From: Octopus vulgaris
Lineage: Eukaryota
Assembly: GCA_951406725.2 (NCBI GenBank)
Contig: OX597818.1
Span: 86,428,001 to 86,492,000, forward strand
DNA length: 64,000 nucleotides
Direction of reading: 5' to 3'
Position numbers and translations under genes: made by a program. The number at the start of each line of letters is the position of its first letter. Within the stretch, counting starts at the first letter, position 1. Shown here piece after piece: positions 24,195 through 38,345 of this stretch. The notes under the pieces were generated by a model, which had not been told where the DNA came from, did no database searches, and saw only the letters and a list, made by a program, of their open reading frames with translations.

Positions 24195-24258
24195 TATGGG
24201 GCAGATGGGGCTCCTTAGCCATGGTGAGAGTAGCCCACCTAGGAGAAGGAAAACTCTA
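24195..24258 (+). mobile_element. RTE 5'-UTR-like motif fragment
   Basis: GGGCAGATGGGGCTCCTTAGCCATGG...CTAGGAGAAGGAAAACTCT resembles the conserved RTE 5' UTR block (from memory). Confidence 0.55.
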
Positions 24259-24330
24259 ATATATATATATATATACGTTTATCAACGGAGTAAATGGAGC
24301 AAGAACACGCACAGAAACGAAAAGCGAAAA

Positions 24331-24376
24331 GTGCCGCTGAAGAGGTCACAGATGTGTGACGAAAGATTTCCAGACG
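24331..24376 (+). ncRNA. Hammerhead-like motif (stems I and III decayed)
   Basis: CTGAAGA 24337-24343; perfect stem II GTCACA-gatg-TGTGAC; GAAA 24361-24364; TC 24369-24370. Lies in an element between (TA)n tracts. Confidence 0.65.
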
Positions 24377-24553
24377 ATGGACAGGCGTTAAAATAATAGA
24401 ATAACAACAGCATTCGATCTAAACTAGGACTGCCATGTTATGTTGGCAAATAATCTTTACTGTAGTAATAAACGAGTGAAGAAAAATATATAGTGCGTGT
24501 GTTTATTTGGCAAAACATAAAAATAATAACAAATAAAATGACCATCCCGAAAT

Positions 24554-24631
<78 letters not shown>

Positions 24632-25357
24632 ACATATGTTGCTTAGATTAAATACTTATTTTATCTTTTGTGTCTCTCGTCTCTAATCTCTGTATTCCCT
24701 AACAACTGTAACCCATGGTTGTTGATGACACTAAGGTTATGCTATTCTGTTTCGTACATCGAAAGCTGATGAGTGAAATTTTTTGTTTATTCATTCCGTT
24801 TGTTCCATCTGTTCCATATTTCGTCATACGCTTATGATCTTCAAGCACACAGTCGTATTTTCTTACGTACCGTTGCTTTATTCAAATTTCCCACTATTCT
24901 CTATTTCTCTGTATTTGTCGCTCTCTCACTTCTTTCTTTCTTTTTCTCTTCCTTTTCTCTCACCCTCCTTTCACTCTCTATCTCTCTCTCTCCTCTTTCA
25001 CTTTCTTCTTTCATTCCTCTCCTCATTACTCTTCTTTTTTTCCGTTCTCAATATGCAACTTTCAGTTTCCACTCCGATCTCTCATCTGTCTTTCAGCGAT
25101 TCTCTTAGCCAATAAAATCTCTCGTCTACCTGTTGTTTGTTTTCGTATTTCGCCCGAGCACTTTATTCTTTCTCTCTTACCCTTTTAGCATCGTACTTGT
25201 TGCACTATTATCTTGTGATGTTTAATTTTATTTCATCTTAAAAACAAATGGTTTTATTTGGCCACTAAGACTTTACTGTACATTTTTTCTTTATGTCCTT
25301 GAGTTCGATCTGTGCCAGTCACTGTCACTTAACTCTCTCTCTCCCTCTTTCTGTCTG

Positions 25358-25437
<80 letters not shown>

Positions 25438-25459
25438 CATAGATACAAACATACATGAA

Positions 25460-25884
25460 TAGGCGCAGGCGTGGCGGCGTAGGAAGGCGAACTGGCAGAA
25501 GCGTTAGCACGCCGGGCGAAATGGTTAGCAGTATTTCGTCTGCCGTTACGTTCTGAGTTAAAATTCCGACGAGGTCGACTTTGCGTTACATCCTTTCGGG
25601 GTCGATAAATTAAGTACCAGTTACGCACTGGGGTCGGTGTAATCGACTTAATCTCTTTGTCTGTCCTTGTTTGTCACCTCTATGTTTAGCCACTTGTGGG
25701 CAATAAAGAAATAAGAAGCTTTCTTCCCAACCACATGGTTCGGGGTTCAGTCTCCCAGCGTGGTACCTTGGACAAGTGTCCTCTACTATAAAACGGGCAG
25801 ACCAAAGCCTTGTTAAGGAAAATGGTGGACGGAAACTGAAAGAAGCCCGTCGTATATATGTGTGCGTGTGTACGTGTGTGTATG

Positions 25885-25927
<43 letters not shown>

Positions 25928-26150
25928 TGCGCGTGCGTGTCTTTGTATCTGTGTTTGTCTCTCACCACTGTTTGACAACCGGTGCTTGTGTGTTTACAAC
26001 CCCACAACTTACCGGCAAACAAAAGGGAAACAGAATAAGTACCAGGCTGGGATCGATACATTCCCCTAAATACTCTTCAAGGCGGTGCTCCAGCATTGCC
26101 GCAGTCAGAAGACTGAAGCAAATAAAAAAAAATGAAAGAATAAAAGAATA
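25460..26150 (+). mobile_element. SINE family A with a family B SINE (~25485-25713) nested in its head
   Basis: The family A head TAGGCGCAGGCGTGG is broken before AGAAGC by a full family B copy. Confidence 0.88.
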
Positions 26151-26499
26151 CACACACATACACACACGTATATGCATACACACGCACACCGGCACATGCT
26201 TACATACATACATACATACATACATGCCCACACACACAATATATCTGTTGTGTCTCCTTTCCACTATATCAGTTCCGTAACTGTATCTAATATCTGTTGA
26301 CGCCACAAAGCCATGCTATTCAGTCTCGCGTGTGGTAACGGTGAAACTGCGATAATCCACAGAGAGAGAAATGATGATGACGATGACGACAGTGATAATG
26401 GCGGCGACGATGATAATACGATGAAGTGGGAATAATTTTTAAAACTTTTTATTTTTGTTCCGCCTGTTATATATATATTTATCATTAGTACTTCCTTTA

Positions 26500-27190
26500 A
26501 GGCGGCGAGCTGGCAAAAACGTTAGCACGCCGGGCGAAATGGTTAGCAGTATTTCGTCTGCCGCTACGTTCTGAGTTCAAATTCCACCGAGGTCGACTTT
26601 ACCCTTCATCCTTTGGGGTCGATTAAATAAGTACCAGTTATGCACTGGTGTCGATATAATCGACTTAATCCGTTTGTCTACCCTTGTTTGTCCCCTCTGT
26701 GTTTAGCCCCTTGTGGGTAATAAAGAAATCGGTATTTCGTCTGCCGTTACGATAAGGCGGTGAGCTGGCAGAAACGTTAGCACGCCGGGCGAAGTGCTTA
26801 GCGGTATTTCGTCTGCCGTTACGTTCTGAGTTCAAATTCCGCCGAGGTCGACTTTGCCTTTCATCCTTTTGGGGTCGATTAAATATGTATCAGTTACGCA
26901 CTGGGGTCGATGTAATCGACTTAATCCGTGTGTCTGTCCTTGTTTGTCCCCGCTATGTTTAGCCCCTTGTGGGTAATAAAGAAATAAGAACTGTTAGCAC
27001 GCCGGGCGAAATGCTTAGCAGTATTTCTTCTACCTTCATGTTTTAAGTTCAAATCGCGTCGGGTTCGACTTCGTCCTTTATCCTTTCGGAGTCAACAAAA
27101 TAAGTACCAGTTAAGCACTGGGGTCAATGTAATCGACTAGTCTCCTCCCACCAAATTTCAGCCCTTGTGCCTAGAGTAGAAAGGATTATT
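26500..27190 (+). mobile_element. Head-to-tail cluster of three family B SINEs
   Basis: GGCGGCGAGCTGGCA..GTTAGCAC..GAGTTCAAATTCC repeated at ~26500, ~26755 and ~26987. Confidence 0.93.
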
Positions 27191-27439
27191 AGTACTTTCT
27201 GATATATAGATTTATTCTTCGTAAATTTTCATATGAGAGAATGTGTGTATGTGCATCTTTTAGATTTCACTCGCCCTTAGTCATTGGATTGCGGTCATGT
27301 TGGAGGTGCAGTCTTCAAGGATTTAATCTATCAAATCGACTCCAGTACTTATTCTATCGGTGTACTTTTGCCGAACCGCTAGTTTACGGGAGCGTAAGCC
27401 AATATCATTTTCCAAGCGGTGTTGAAAACACAAACATAC

Positions 27440-27494
<55 letters not shown>

Positions 27495-27734
27495 GCGTGT
27501 GACAAGAAGCTCGCTTCCCAATCTCATGGTTCCAGGTTCAGTCCCACTGCATGGCACCTTGGGCAAGTGTCTTCTTACTATAGCGTCAGGCCGACGAAAG
27601 CCTTGTGAGTAGATTTGGTAGACGGAAACCGAAAGAAGCCTGTCGTATATATGTACGTATGTATGTATGTATGTATGTATGTATGTATGTATGTATGTAT
27701 GTATGTATGTATGTATGTATGTATGTATAAATAC

Positions 27735-28170
27735 TTTATTAATAAAGCTGCAGAGACATCACAAAAACTGTTTACTCAAAGTTCCATGTTCCCGTTCGTC
27801 GGACAGTTTTGGTGGGGAATGGAACAAAAAATAAAGCTATATATATAAATATACAATACATTGATGGATACACATTTGAAATTGGTTTTGATTAATTGGT
27901 CCTTTCAATTCAGAGTCTTTTCAATAACCGGTTACATGAAATTAAAATTATGATTTAAAATCATATAATTTAAAATCGAAGAAAATCTTAAATCAAAAAT
28001 TAGCATTAGTAGAAGGAAAAAAAACTGTATACCCAGGGTAAATTAATTAATGGTAAAATAAATTAAAATTTATGTCTGTTTATATTAAAATTATTCCCTT
28101 ACAGAAACCTAACATTATAAATAGTACATATACATTTACTTATACATACACGTACCAAAGAACCTATACA
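27735..28170 (-). mobile_element. Penelope-like terminal fragment with decayed hammerhead (27764-27810)
   Basis: Minus strand aaaactgt-CCGACGA-acgggaacat-GGAA-ctttgag-TA-aacagtttt with an 8-bp stem I. Confidence 0.55.
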
Positions 28171-28241
28171 TACACTAAACATACAAACGTTGGTATATGC
28201 CTACATACATATACAAAAAAGTACAGGCAATATATATACAC

Positions 28242-28274
<33 letters not shown>

Positions 28275-28275
<1 letters not shown>

Positions 28276-29230
28276 ATGAGTCTCCGTGCGTATTTCTAAA
28301 TGTAGAACTTGGAAGTTGATCAATCCAATTGGGCCAGTTAACTTTGGTTGTCAAGGATTTGTTCAGGCGGTGGTGAAATCTCTCCACTAACCCTTTGGCC
28401 TGTGGATGATAGGCTGTTGTGCGCTTCATTGTGATTCCAAAAAGGTCACACATGTCATTCCACACCTTTGAGGTGAACTGTGGACCCCGATCGGATGAGA
28501 TGCTGACTGGGACACCGAAACGGGCAACCCAGTTTGTGATAAAGGCTCGGCTGATTTCTTGCGTTTCCGTGCTGCGGAGACGGATAGCCTTAGGCCAACG
28601 AGTGTAGTGGTCTACCAAGGTCCGTAGGTAGGAGCAACCTATGAAGGTGGTAGATGGCCGACAAGGTCAATGTTGACGTGGATGAAACTGGCCAGTAGTG
28701 ATTCATAGTTGCCGAGGGGTGCTTTGGTGTGCTGATGGACTTTGGTTTATTGACAGGGGGTGCAGGCCTTGGTCCAATCCTCACTTAGGGCCGCTACTAC
28801 GCACGAATATTTCGTTAGATCTGAAGTTATTTTGCATATGTTAAATTGCGTTTACGTCTGCGCGAACCATAACTCAGCCCTCTTGGGCCAGAATTGTGGT
28901 AGCTTCAGTGTTGTTGTGTGATCGCTAGCCATGTTTCTTTGATTTTCTGTGTACTTCGATGTGCGAAGCGAAAGCTGTTGTTCTTCAGTAGGGTCGCCAG
29001 TTATAACTTTAGTTAAGCTAGACACAAAAGAATTAACGGAGACCCAGAATGTGTTAGTGAAAGATTTATATATTTGAACACATGAGGGCGACAGCTTCCA
29101 GTCAACTCCTCCTTCGTAGAAGCCCGCTTAACAGGAAGTCAAATTCGCCGCAGACCAGCTCCCTAGCTAGCCCACAGCGAAATTCCTGTCTACAATTCCT
29201 CTGTCATAACTTCTTGGGCGGTGCCCTACA
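28275..29230 (-). mobile_element. Gypsy LTR retrotransposon remnant (5' LTR, PBS, gag start, integrase core)
   Basis: LTR from TGTAGGG at 29230 to ~29002; PBS TGGCGACCC; gag-like MASDHTTTLKLPQFWP..ELWFAQ; integrase VDHYTRWP..RFGVP..ISSDRGPQFTS..TTAYHPQAKGLVERFH. Confidence 0.92.
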
Positions 29231-29606
29231 CTAAGTTCGATTTGTTCGATGAAGCCCTTCAAAGCAATGCTCTAGCATGGTCGCAGTCCGATGACTGAAG
29301 CAAGTAAAAGATGTAAATACATATACATGTATAGATATATATCATTGCTATTATGCAAAAGTATCGTAAGTCCAAAACGTTGCGATTTTCAGAAAATGAA
29401 AAAATTGTTTAGGGCCATTCCATAGCAAAACCGTTCTACTACACTTCGACAATTTTTGATATCTTGGCATTGAAGCAGCTGGAGATACGATAGTTTGACC
29501 AAAAGAACCGGCTATTGCAAGTAAAAATAAATATCGAAAAAAAAGCGCAATTGGCCAAATTTGGACATACAACAGTTTAGCATAATAGCAACAATATATA
29601 TATCTA

Positions 29607-29998
29607 TCTTTATATATAAAAGTGAGGTTGTGTGCTGTCTGTCTCCTACGATTTAGATTCCTAACTACTCCCACATTTTGCGGTGCAGTTTAACCAAAAC
29701 CGGGTATCTTATAATCGTGATTCATATCGAGCCCTTCTGGGTATTAGCGCGCGTCTACATTGAGTCTACGATTTAAAAAAAAAATTACCATCAATTTTTC
29801 CCATTTTTAATGCATTTTTGGCATATATAAGGGAAGTAACTCTCTAAAAATTTATTATTAAATCTCAGAACGTAAAAAGCTAAAGTAACACCCCCTCCTT
29901 TGTAGTTAACCATATTGTGATGGCTATTATACTTTACATCTCTAAAATGCTTATATAGTTATTCCCCTTACAAACCCGAGCAACGCCGGGCGATACTG

Positions 29999-30002
<4 letters not shown>
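29607..30002 (+). mobile_element. Non-autonomous Helitron
   Basis: 5' TCTTTATATATAAAAG; 3' hairpin CCCGAGCAACGCCGGG plus CTAA; sits in (TA)n; paralog of 15616-16000. Confidence 0.88.
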
Positions 30003-30041
<39 letters not shown>

Positions 30042-30044
<3 letters not shown>

Positions 30045-30222
30045 TCGGTAGCCACTACACACATTTTTTTTCTCTCCATGTTTCTTTCAGTGATCCTTTC
30101 TGTAGAAGAGAGTAGGCTCGAAACGTAAAAGACATTTTCAATTCCTGAGCGTTATACTAATACATCTGTTTGTTTTCTACACCACCTATCTTTGTCTTTT
30201 GTTTTTTTCGTGAATTCTCCCA
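30042..30222 (+). mobile_element. Short (TA)n-embedded element with variant hammerhead-like core
   Basis: TAGAAGA-GAG-tagg-CTC-GAAA-CG-TA-aaag at 30103-30131. Confidence 0.5.
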
Positions 30223-30228
30223 TATATA

Positions 30229-30321
<93 letters not shown>

Positions 30322-30380
30322 GTATATGTATATATATATGTATAAGTATATGTATATATGTATATATTTATATGTATATG

Positions 30381-30422
<42 letters not shown>

Positions 30423-31629
30423 GTATACATATATATAAATGCGTGTGTAGGTGTGTGTTATTTGGCAATAACATTTCTTTCAAAGAAAACCTGCAATGTA
30501 TATTTAGACACATATCAGCATTAATTTATTGCAAAATATTCAACATTGCACCACACATTCCACAGTAAATATATATATATATATACATAAAAACACCTTT
30601 TCAAAAGCCATGTTGTATCCTACAGTTGTAATTAAAGCGTTATTTAAAATGCTTTTCGTAATGTAATCTCGCAATGATATATTGCAATCATCTATGATTT
30701 CTTAAAACTTGTTTACATAATGGAATGTAATTTAATCCACATTTATTTTTCTTTTACTGTATTACGAATTTATATTATGAAAATTAATGGCTTGAAACAG
30801 TCAACTATTGGTTTTTTATCTCCCTTTGGCATGCTTATAATATAGTCTGTTAATTTTACTGTTATATAGATACATACATACATACATACATACATACATA
30901 CATACATACATACATACATACATACACACATACAAACATACATACATACATACATACATACATACACACACACATACATACATACATACATACATACATA
31001 CATACATACATACATACATACATACATACATACATACATACATACATACACACATATAAAAAGTGAAAAGGCTAGCACACATTGTATGAAGGAAGGTATA
31101 CTCGTACGCAAACTTGCACACACACACACACACACAACACACACAGAACACACACACGCACACACACATACATATGCACAAGCCATGACTAAATTTACTA
31201 GACGAAAAATGTGTGTAAGGCGTACAAATGCTGGGGCACCGATATGTTTGTGTGTCTTTGTGTTTATTGCTTACTACTTCTTGACACCAGATGTTGGTAT
31301 GTTTACATTCCTGTAACCTAGTGGTTCAGCGGAAGAGACCGATAGAATAAGTACTAAACCTAGAAAAAAGTGCAGTAATGCCGCCATATACGAATTAATT
31401 TGTTTCCGGAGACCGCTCGTAAAGCAAAAACTCGTAAAGCAGAGCAATAATTTCCCATAGTAAAAATAAAATTTATAATACTCGTATATGTACAGGTCTA
31501 TCCCAGCATGGCCAGACTCCAATGACTGAAGCAAGTCGAAAGTAACAGGTATACGTGGTGATTCACTCACATTATTACAGAACACTAAGGCAGTGATCTA
31601 GCAGAATCGTTAGCACATGTGACAACATT

Positions 31630-31905
31630 TTTTGAACTCAGAACGTCGCGGCAGATGAAATAACTATTTCAATTTCTTTACAATCCACAAAGGGCTAAAC
31701 ACAGAGAGGACAAACAATTGACAGACAAACGGATTAAGTCGATTATATCGACTCCAGTGTGTAACTGGTACGTATTTAATCGACTCCGAAAGGATGAAAG
31801 GTAAAGTCGACCTCGGCGGAATTTGAACTCAGAACGTAGCGGCAGACAAAATACGGCTAAGCATTTCACCCGGCGTGCTAACGTTTCTGCCAGCTCGCCG
31901 CCTTA
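31630..31905 (-). mobile_element. Family B SINE joined to a fragment of another copy
   Basis: Full copy at 31665-31903; junction at 31664/31665. Confidence 0.9.
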
Positions 31906-32484
31906 AGAACAGGTAATAATAGCGTGGATTCTAAATGTTTCAAGCATATGGCTCCTACTACAGATGACTAATCCGAGCCAAACCTGTAAAACTTGAGTCA
32001 AAATATAGTATTCATGTGCTCATTGTATAACGACTGCACTGATGAAATATATTACCCAACAATGTCACCAAAGTGTGCAGTAATTCACGAGGAATCGGTA
32101 AGATTACAACCGAGCCAGGAAAGAAATACCAAAATGCTATACATCTAAATTATTCCAAAATATTCCATTCAGCAAGGGAAATTCGATGTGTCAATGTTTT
32201 ATTCATATTTTAATAGTAAAAATGAAAAATCAGCAGGGATACAAAATGAACACATTGTCAAAATATTGGCATCGTATCAAGCCCTTGAAGAAATAACGCA
32301 TTTTACTGACTCACAAAATCCAAAATCTCTGCGTTCTTTGACGTAGACATAACTCACTTTTTTTTTCAAATTCTGAAGAATGTTTAGCAGTTCTAGTTAT
32401 TATAACTCTATTCATTATTAATGCTAAAGTTGAAGTTGTTGAAATAGCAACTAAATAGTATGAGTCACAAGAAATTTAGAATAC

Positions 32485-32558
<74 letters not shown>

Positions 32559-32804
32559 GTCTAATGATATTACATATCAATCATCTTTATATTCATATAG
32601 AATCAATTGAATTTTACGAACCAATGGGTTATACAGCTAAATCCTTTTACATGTGAGACGCCCTCTACATAGTCACTCGATATGCTCGAAGTAGCAGCCA
32701 AATGTTCCATAAATTATATAGTCTTTCGCTCCAAAATATGTTATTTAATGTAATCGTAGAGACATCGAGTGTTTCTTAACTCGCACTTCAGATATAGATA
32801 TTTT

Positions 32805-33205
32805 CTTTTACTCTTTTACTTGTTTCAATCATTTGATTGCGGCCATGCTGGAGCACCGCCTTTAGTCAAGCAAATCGCCCACAGGACTTATTCTTTGTAA
32901 GCCTAGTACTTATTCTATCGGTCTGTTTTGCCGAACCGCTAAGTTACGGGGACGTAAACACACCAGCATCGGTTGCCAAGCGATGTTGGGAGGACAAACA
33001 GACACACAAACACAAACACGCACACACACACACACACACACATATACATATATACGACGGGCTTCTTTCAGTTTCCGTTTACCAAATCCACTCACAAGGC
33101 TTTGGTCAGCCCGAGGCTATAGTAGAAAACACTTGCCCAAGGTGCCACACAGTGGGACTGAACCCGGAACCGTGTGGTTGGTAAGCACAGCCACTCCTGC
33201 ACCTA
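32805..33205 (-). mobile_element. SINE family A, near full length
   Basis: Reverse complement of the 59321-59740 sequence. Confidence 0.92.
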
Positions 33206-33566
33206 CAAATATTGTGGAATATTTCTCAACTTGTATTCTGCAATTTATACACTGATACGCTATTATACACTGATACGCTGTGCCTAAAATATATGAATGG
33301 TGAAGAATGAAGCGCTTTTTACCAAAGATCTAATTCAATAAGACAGGTGACTAAAGGACAGCAGGAACAACAACAGCATCAATAACCGTAATGACAATAA
33401 TCTTTGCACCTAAAATTTCTTCTTTACGTAAATTTAATCAAAGGATTGTAAGGATTTGTAACTTTTTTCTTGTGTTTCGTTCAATATCTTTAATCTTTCA
33501 ATATAATCCTTTATCATATTATATATATACAAACATGATCACAAAAACATGCATACACATACATAC

Positions 33567-33618
<52 letters not shown>

Positions 33619-34053
33619 TACATACACCATTCCCATGTATATAAATATTCCCTCTAACCAATCCTCTGAAAATTCTTCACAGATATACACACATATGCAT
33701 GTACACACACACACACAAACACACACACACATATATATATATATAGGAACACACACATACATACATACACACACACACATGTATACATGCATACGCATAG
33801 ATAACAGGTGGATATTCTTTTCCCCAATCGGCGTCAGCTTATTCAACTAACATACACATACACGCACACACACACACACACACATACACACACTCACACA
33901 TACACACTCTCACACACACACTCACACACACACACACACATTATACATAACAATCATATATTGTTTGTAAAATCAGTCAAAATGATTCTCCGAAAAGAGA
34001 TGAAAGCGTTAAATAAATAATTATCCAAAATTCTGACAACCTCCTTTTTACTT

Positions 34054-34106
<53 letters not shown>

Positions 34107-34891
34107 AATTGTGCGTGCGTGCGTATGTGTGAGTCTGTGTCTGTGTCTGTGTCTGTGTACCCACAAAATATATAAATGTACGCAGAAACACAGACACACG
34201 GCTGATTGGTTTTCCTAATCAATGTTCAATAATGTATCCATGATGGATCACCGTTGTTAGACGATAATATTTCATTGGTTGGATCAACTATATTATCTGC
34301 CCCTGAATTAACGTCTAAGTGGCTAAGCTAATGTAATTCTGAGGCAGAATCACTGTGACTGTTTGTGACAAGGCTGTGCCTTTGTGAATTAGGAGTACAA
34401 CCCACCTAATGGGCTTCTATACAATTTCCGTCGATCCAAAATATTCGTTAGCCAGAGGTTATAGGATATGACATTCACCCAAGATACTGTGGCAATAGGA
34501 TCGAATCTGGAACTTCGTGGTTGTAAAAGGATCATCCCAACCACTTGACCATACTACGCATACAAGCAATCTTTTACGCCAAATTCAATAAGTGGTAACT
34601 TTAGTAATGTGCATGAGTATATAAAGGCGGCGAGAATAGGAGAAAGATTTTCTTCTGAAAATAATATATTGAAAATACGACTGCAGCACACTTTCCACTT
34701 TTTATCTAAGTGTCTTCTTATTTCCATATTAGTCCTTTATCCTTCAGGAAACAATACACTTCTTAAGCAGTCATGGTCTTAGGTTCATCTCCATAGCACA
34801 GCATTTTAAGCATGTGTCTTCTACAATAGCCCTCGTCCGATCAAAGCCTTGTGAGTTGGTTTTGATAGGCGAAAATTGAAAGAATCATGTC

Positions 34892-34923
<32 letters not shown>

Positions 34924-34980
34924 GAAGGTTTTAGATTGCGAATAGCCACTTTAAAAATTTATACATGTGTGTGTGTGTGT

Positions 34981-35385
34981 AGGCGTGGTTGTCTGGTAAG
35001 GAGCTTGCTTGCCAGCCACAAGGCTCCGGGTTCAGCCCCGCTGCGTGGCACCTTGGGCAAGGGTGTTTTATTAGACCTTCGAGCTGACCAAAACCATTTG
35101 AATGGATTTTTGTTGACGGAAACTGAAAGAACCCGTCGTAGATATATATAAATATAAAACCTATATGTGTGTATCTGTGTGTCTATGTTTGTCCTCCGCT
35201 TCCAATCACCGCTTGACAACCGGTGTGAGTGTGTTTGCGACCACATAAATTATCGGTTCGGCAAAAGAATCGATTAAATAAGTACTAGGCTTTAAAAAAT
35301 AAGTCGTGGGTCGATTTCTTCGACTAAAACTTCAAGGTGGTGCTCCTGCATGGCCGCAGTCAAATGACTGCAACAAGTGAAAAAA
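34981..35385 (+). mobile_element. SINE family A
   Basis: Head, core and tail all match family A. Confidence 0.88.
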
Positions 35386-35404
35386 TACATACTCACACAC
35401 ACAC

Positions 35405-35435
<31 letters not shown>

Positions 35436-35869
35436 TATATGTATGTACATGTGTGTGGGGACCGTTTGTGCTTGTGTCTATCCTTCCCCACCGCATCAAA
35501 GCCTGTCTTCCTTTGTTTACGTTTTCTAACTTAGGCGCTCGGCAAAAAAAGGACCAATGGAATAAATAACAAACTCAACTATAGGCACTGAGATCGATTT
35601 GTCTTATTGAACCCTGCAACGCAGTGCTTCAGCATGGCTACAATCCAATGACTAAAACAAACAAAAATTAAAAGATAAGGATTAGATTTCAACAACTTTG
35701 TAACCTTATAACTTGAATGAAACGACTTTTTGTCATGTCTTAATCAATTGATTCGCCGTCTTCGAATTTGCCTTCGTTGTTCAGATGTTGCTAAAGCAAA
35801 TACCAGTCATATACTAGGATCGATATAATTGACAATTGCATCCACCAATGCCAAATCTTCTTCATACTA

Positions 35870-36150
35870 CTTCACAAGATTGACGCAGACGCTGGAACTA
35901 GAACGGGCACGTCCCCAGACAAGGTCGATAAAGCGATTGTATGGTGGCACTAAAGAGGTAACCCGAGCGGAAAAGAACAGCAGGGCGCCCTAAAAACCAC
36001 ATGGGAAATGACTATTGACGTGGAAATGAGACGAGAAAGGTGGAGAAGGTGGAATGAGACCCAAATAGTGGCAGGAAACAGAACTGGTTAGAGAGATCGT
36101 GTTGCGGCCTTATGTGCCTCGTGGTAGGAAGAGAACTAACTAACCAATTA
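35870..36150 (+). mobile_element. RTE-clade LINE 3' end
   Basis: RRRWN*NGHV..RKRTAGRP..NRTG*RDRVAALCASW*EEN* followed by an (AACT) tail. Confidence 0.8.
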
Positions 36151-36955
36151 ATCCCAGATCTACAACCTTGTGTCTAAACTAGAAATCAATAACATATCTC
36201 ACAAGTTGTTTCATCTATTCATTGGGAGACGAGTGGCTTCCATTATTAGACGGACTTTCCAAATCATTAAACAAATTTCCGTTAGACTGGAGCGTTAACA
36301 TAACTTCTGTGTGTTCAACTTGTAAACTTCCATTATATTAGAATAAGAACAGAGCAAGATCCGGGAAACCAAAGAGAAAAATATTCTGAACATTTCTTTA
36401 TAACATTCCCATCGTCTTCGCAATAAATGGAATGACTTTAGATTGCCAATGTGTGACTAATATCAAAGAGAGAGGTGGAAACATTGCAGACAACAATTTG
36501 ACTGAAGAAGAAATGCTTAACCGTTTTATCATCGGTGCGTTTAGCAACGGGGGAATTGTGCTAAACTCTTGGCGCGAGGAGCGAGATCACCAAGGATTAA
36601 CTTAGTGACATGAATATCAAATCTCAAAAATTTACGTGAGGGCATGTGTGTGTGTGTCTTTGAATGTATGTGATTGTGTGCGTGTGTGTATATGTGTGTG
36701 TGTGTGTGTTTATCTGTCTGTCTGTGGTTGTGTGTATCTATGATTGTATTTGGGTGTTTGTATGTATTTGTGTATGTGTGTATGTCTGTGAGAGTGTGTA
36801 TGAATGTCTATCAATGTGCGTGTATGTATACGCATTTATGTGTGTGTATGAACGTATACAGGTGTGTGGCCATGTTTTTATCTGTGAATATGCTTGATTG
36901 TATGTATGTAATAATGTATGTATGCATGTATGTATGAATGTATGTATGTATGTGT

Positions 36956-36987
<32 letters not shown>

Positions 36988-37236
36988 TGTATGTATGTGT
37001 GTGTGTTTGTGCGTGGAGATACTCAGGTGTGTGGCTGTGTCTGTATGTACGCATGTCGACGACTATGTGTGATTGTCTACATAACTTTATAACTGTAGAT
37101 CTATACACGTATGTGCGTATGTGTGTGTGTGTGTGCGTGTATGTGTGCGTGCGTGTACGAGTGGGTGTGACTGTGCGTGTGATTCAGTGTATATATATTA
37201 ACGACTATGTTCGACTATACGTACATATCTTTAGAA

Positions 37237-37316
<80 letters not shown>

Positions 37317-37647
37317 TATATAAATATATATTTGTGTGTGATGTATGTATGTGTATGTACGGTGTATGTATACACACACACACACATACGTTATGACAGA
37401 TTTTTCATCTGCACTCAGTGTATCCTTTAATTAACTGAATGACATAAATATTTAACTTATTTCTGTCCTGATAATCTTCCCTTATCCAGCTTATCTCAAG
37501 TGTGGCCAATGAACTTGTTTGCACTTATTGAATCATTACAGAACCTGGTCACATGTTCATTTTTGTCAGCTGCCCCGTCTGTTCTTCTGCTTTTTGGTTT
37601 ATTTTGCGTACCCTACCAACTGTATGATTTGGACGTCGTCGCCATCG

Positions 37648-38072
37648 TTTTCTTCTTCTTCTTCTTCTTCTTCTTCTTCTTCTTCTTCTTCTTCTTCTTC
37701 TTCTTCTTCTTCTTCTTCTTCTTCTTCTTCTTCTTCTTCTTCTTCTTCTTCTTCTATTCCTCCTGCTCCTCCTCATTCCTCCTCCTCATTTCAACCCTTC
37801 CTGTATTTCTTCTTCTTCTTCTTCTTCTTCTTCTTCTTCTTCTTCTTCTTCTTCTTCTTCTTCTTCTTCTATTCCTCCTGCTCCGCCTCATTCCTCCTCC
37901 TCATTTCAACCCTTCCTGTATTTCTTCTTCTTCTTCTTCTTCTTCTTCTTCTTCTTCTTCTTCTTCTTCTTCTTCTTCTTCTTCTTCTTCTTCTTCTTCT
38001 TCTTCTTCTTCTTCTTCTTCTTCTTCTCCTCCTCCTTCTTCTTCTTCTTCTTCTTCTTTTTTCTTCTTCTTC

Positions 38073-38143
<71 letters not shown>

Positions 38144-38345
38144 ATTCCTTCTTCTTCTTCTTCTTCTTCTCCTCTTCCTTCTCATTTCACATTTTCATTT
38201 ATTTCTTCTCCCTTTTTTTCTTCTTCTTCTTCCCCTTCATCCTCATCCTCATCCCCTCATCTTCATCCCCTCCTCTTCCTCCCCCTCCTCCTGTTTCTCT
38301 CCCCTCCTCCTCTTCTTTTTCATTTCATCTTTTCATTTACTTCGT
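37648..38345. repeat. (TTC)n/(TTA)n complex with a duplicated ~55-bp interruption
   Basis: TATTCCTCCTGCTCC.CCTCATTCCTCCTCCTCATTTCAACCCTTCCTGTATT occurs at ~37755 and ~37870. Confidence 0.93.
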
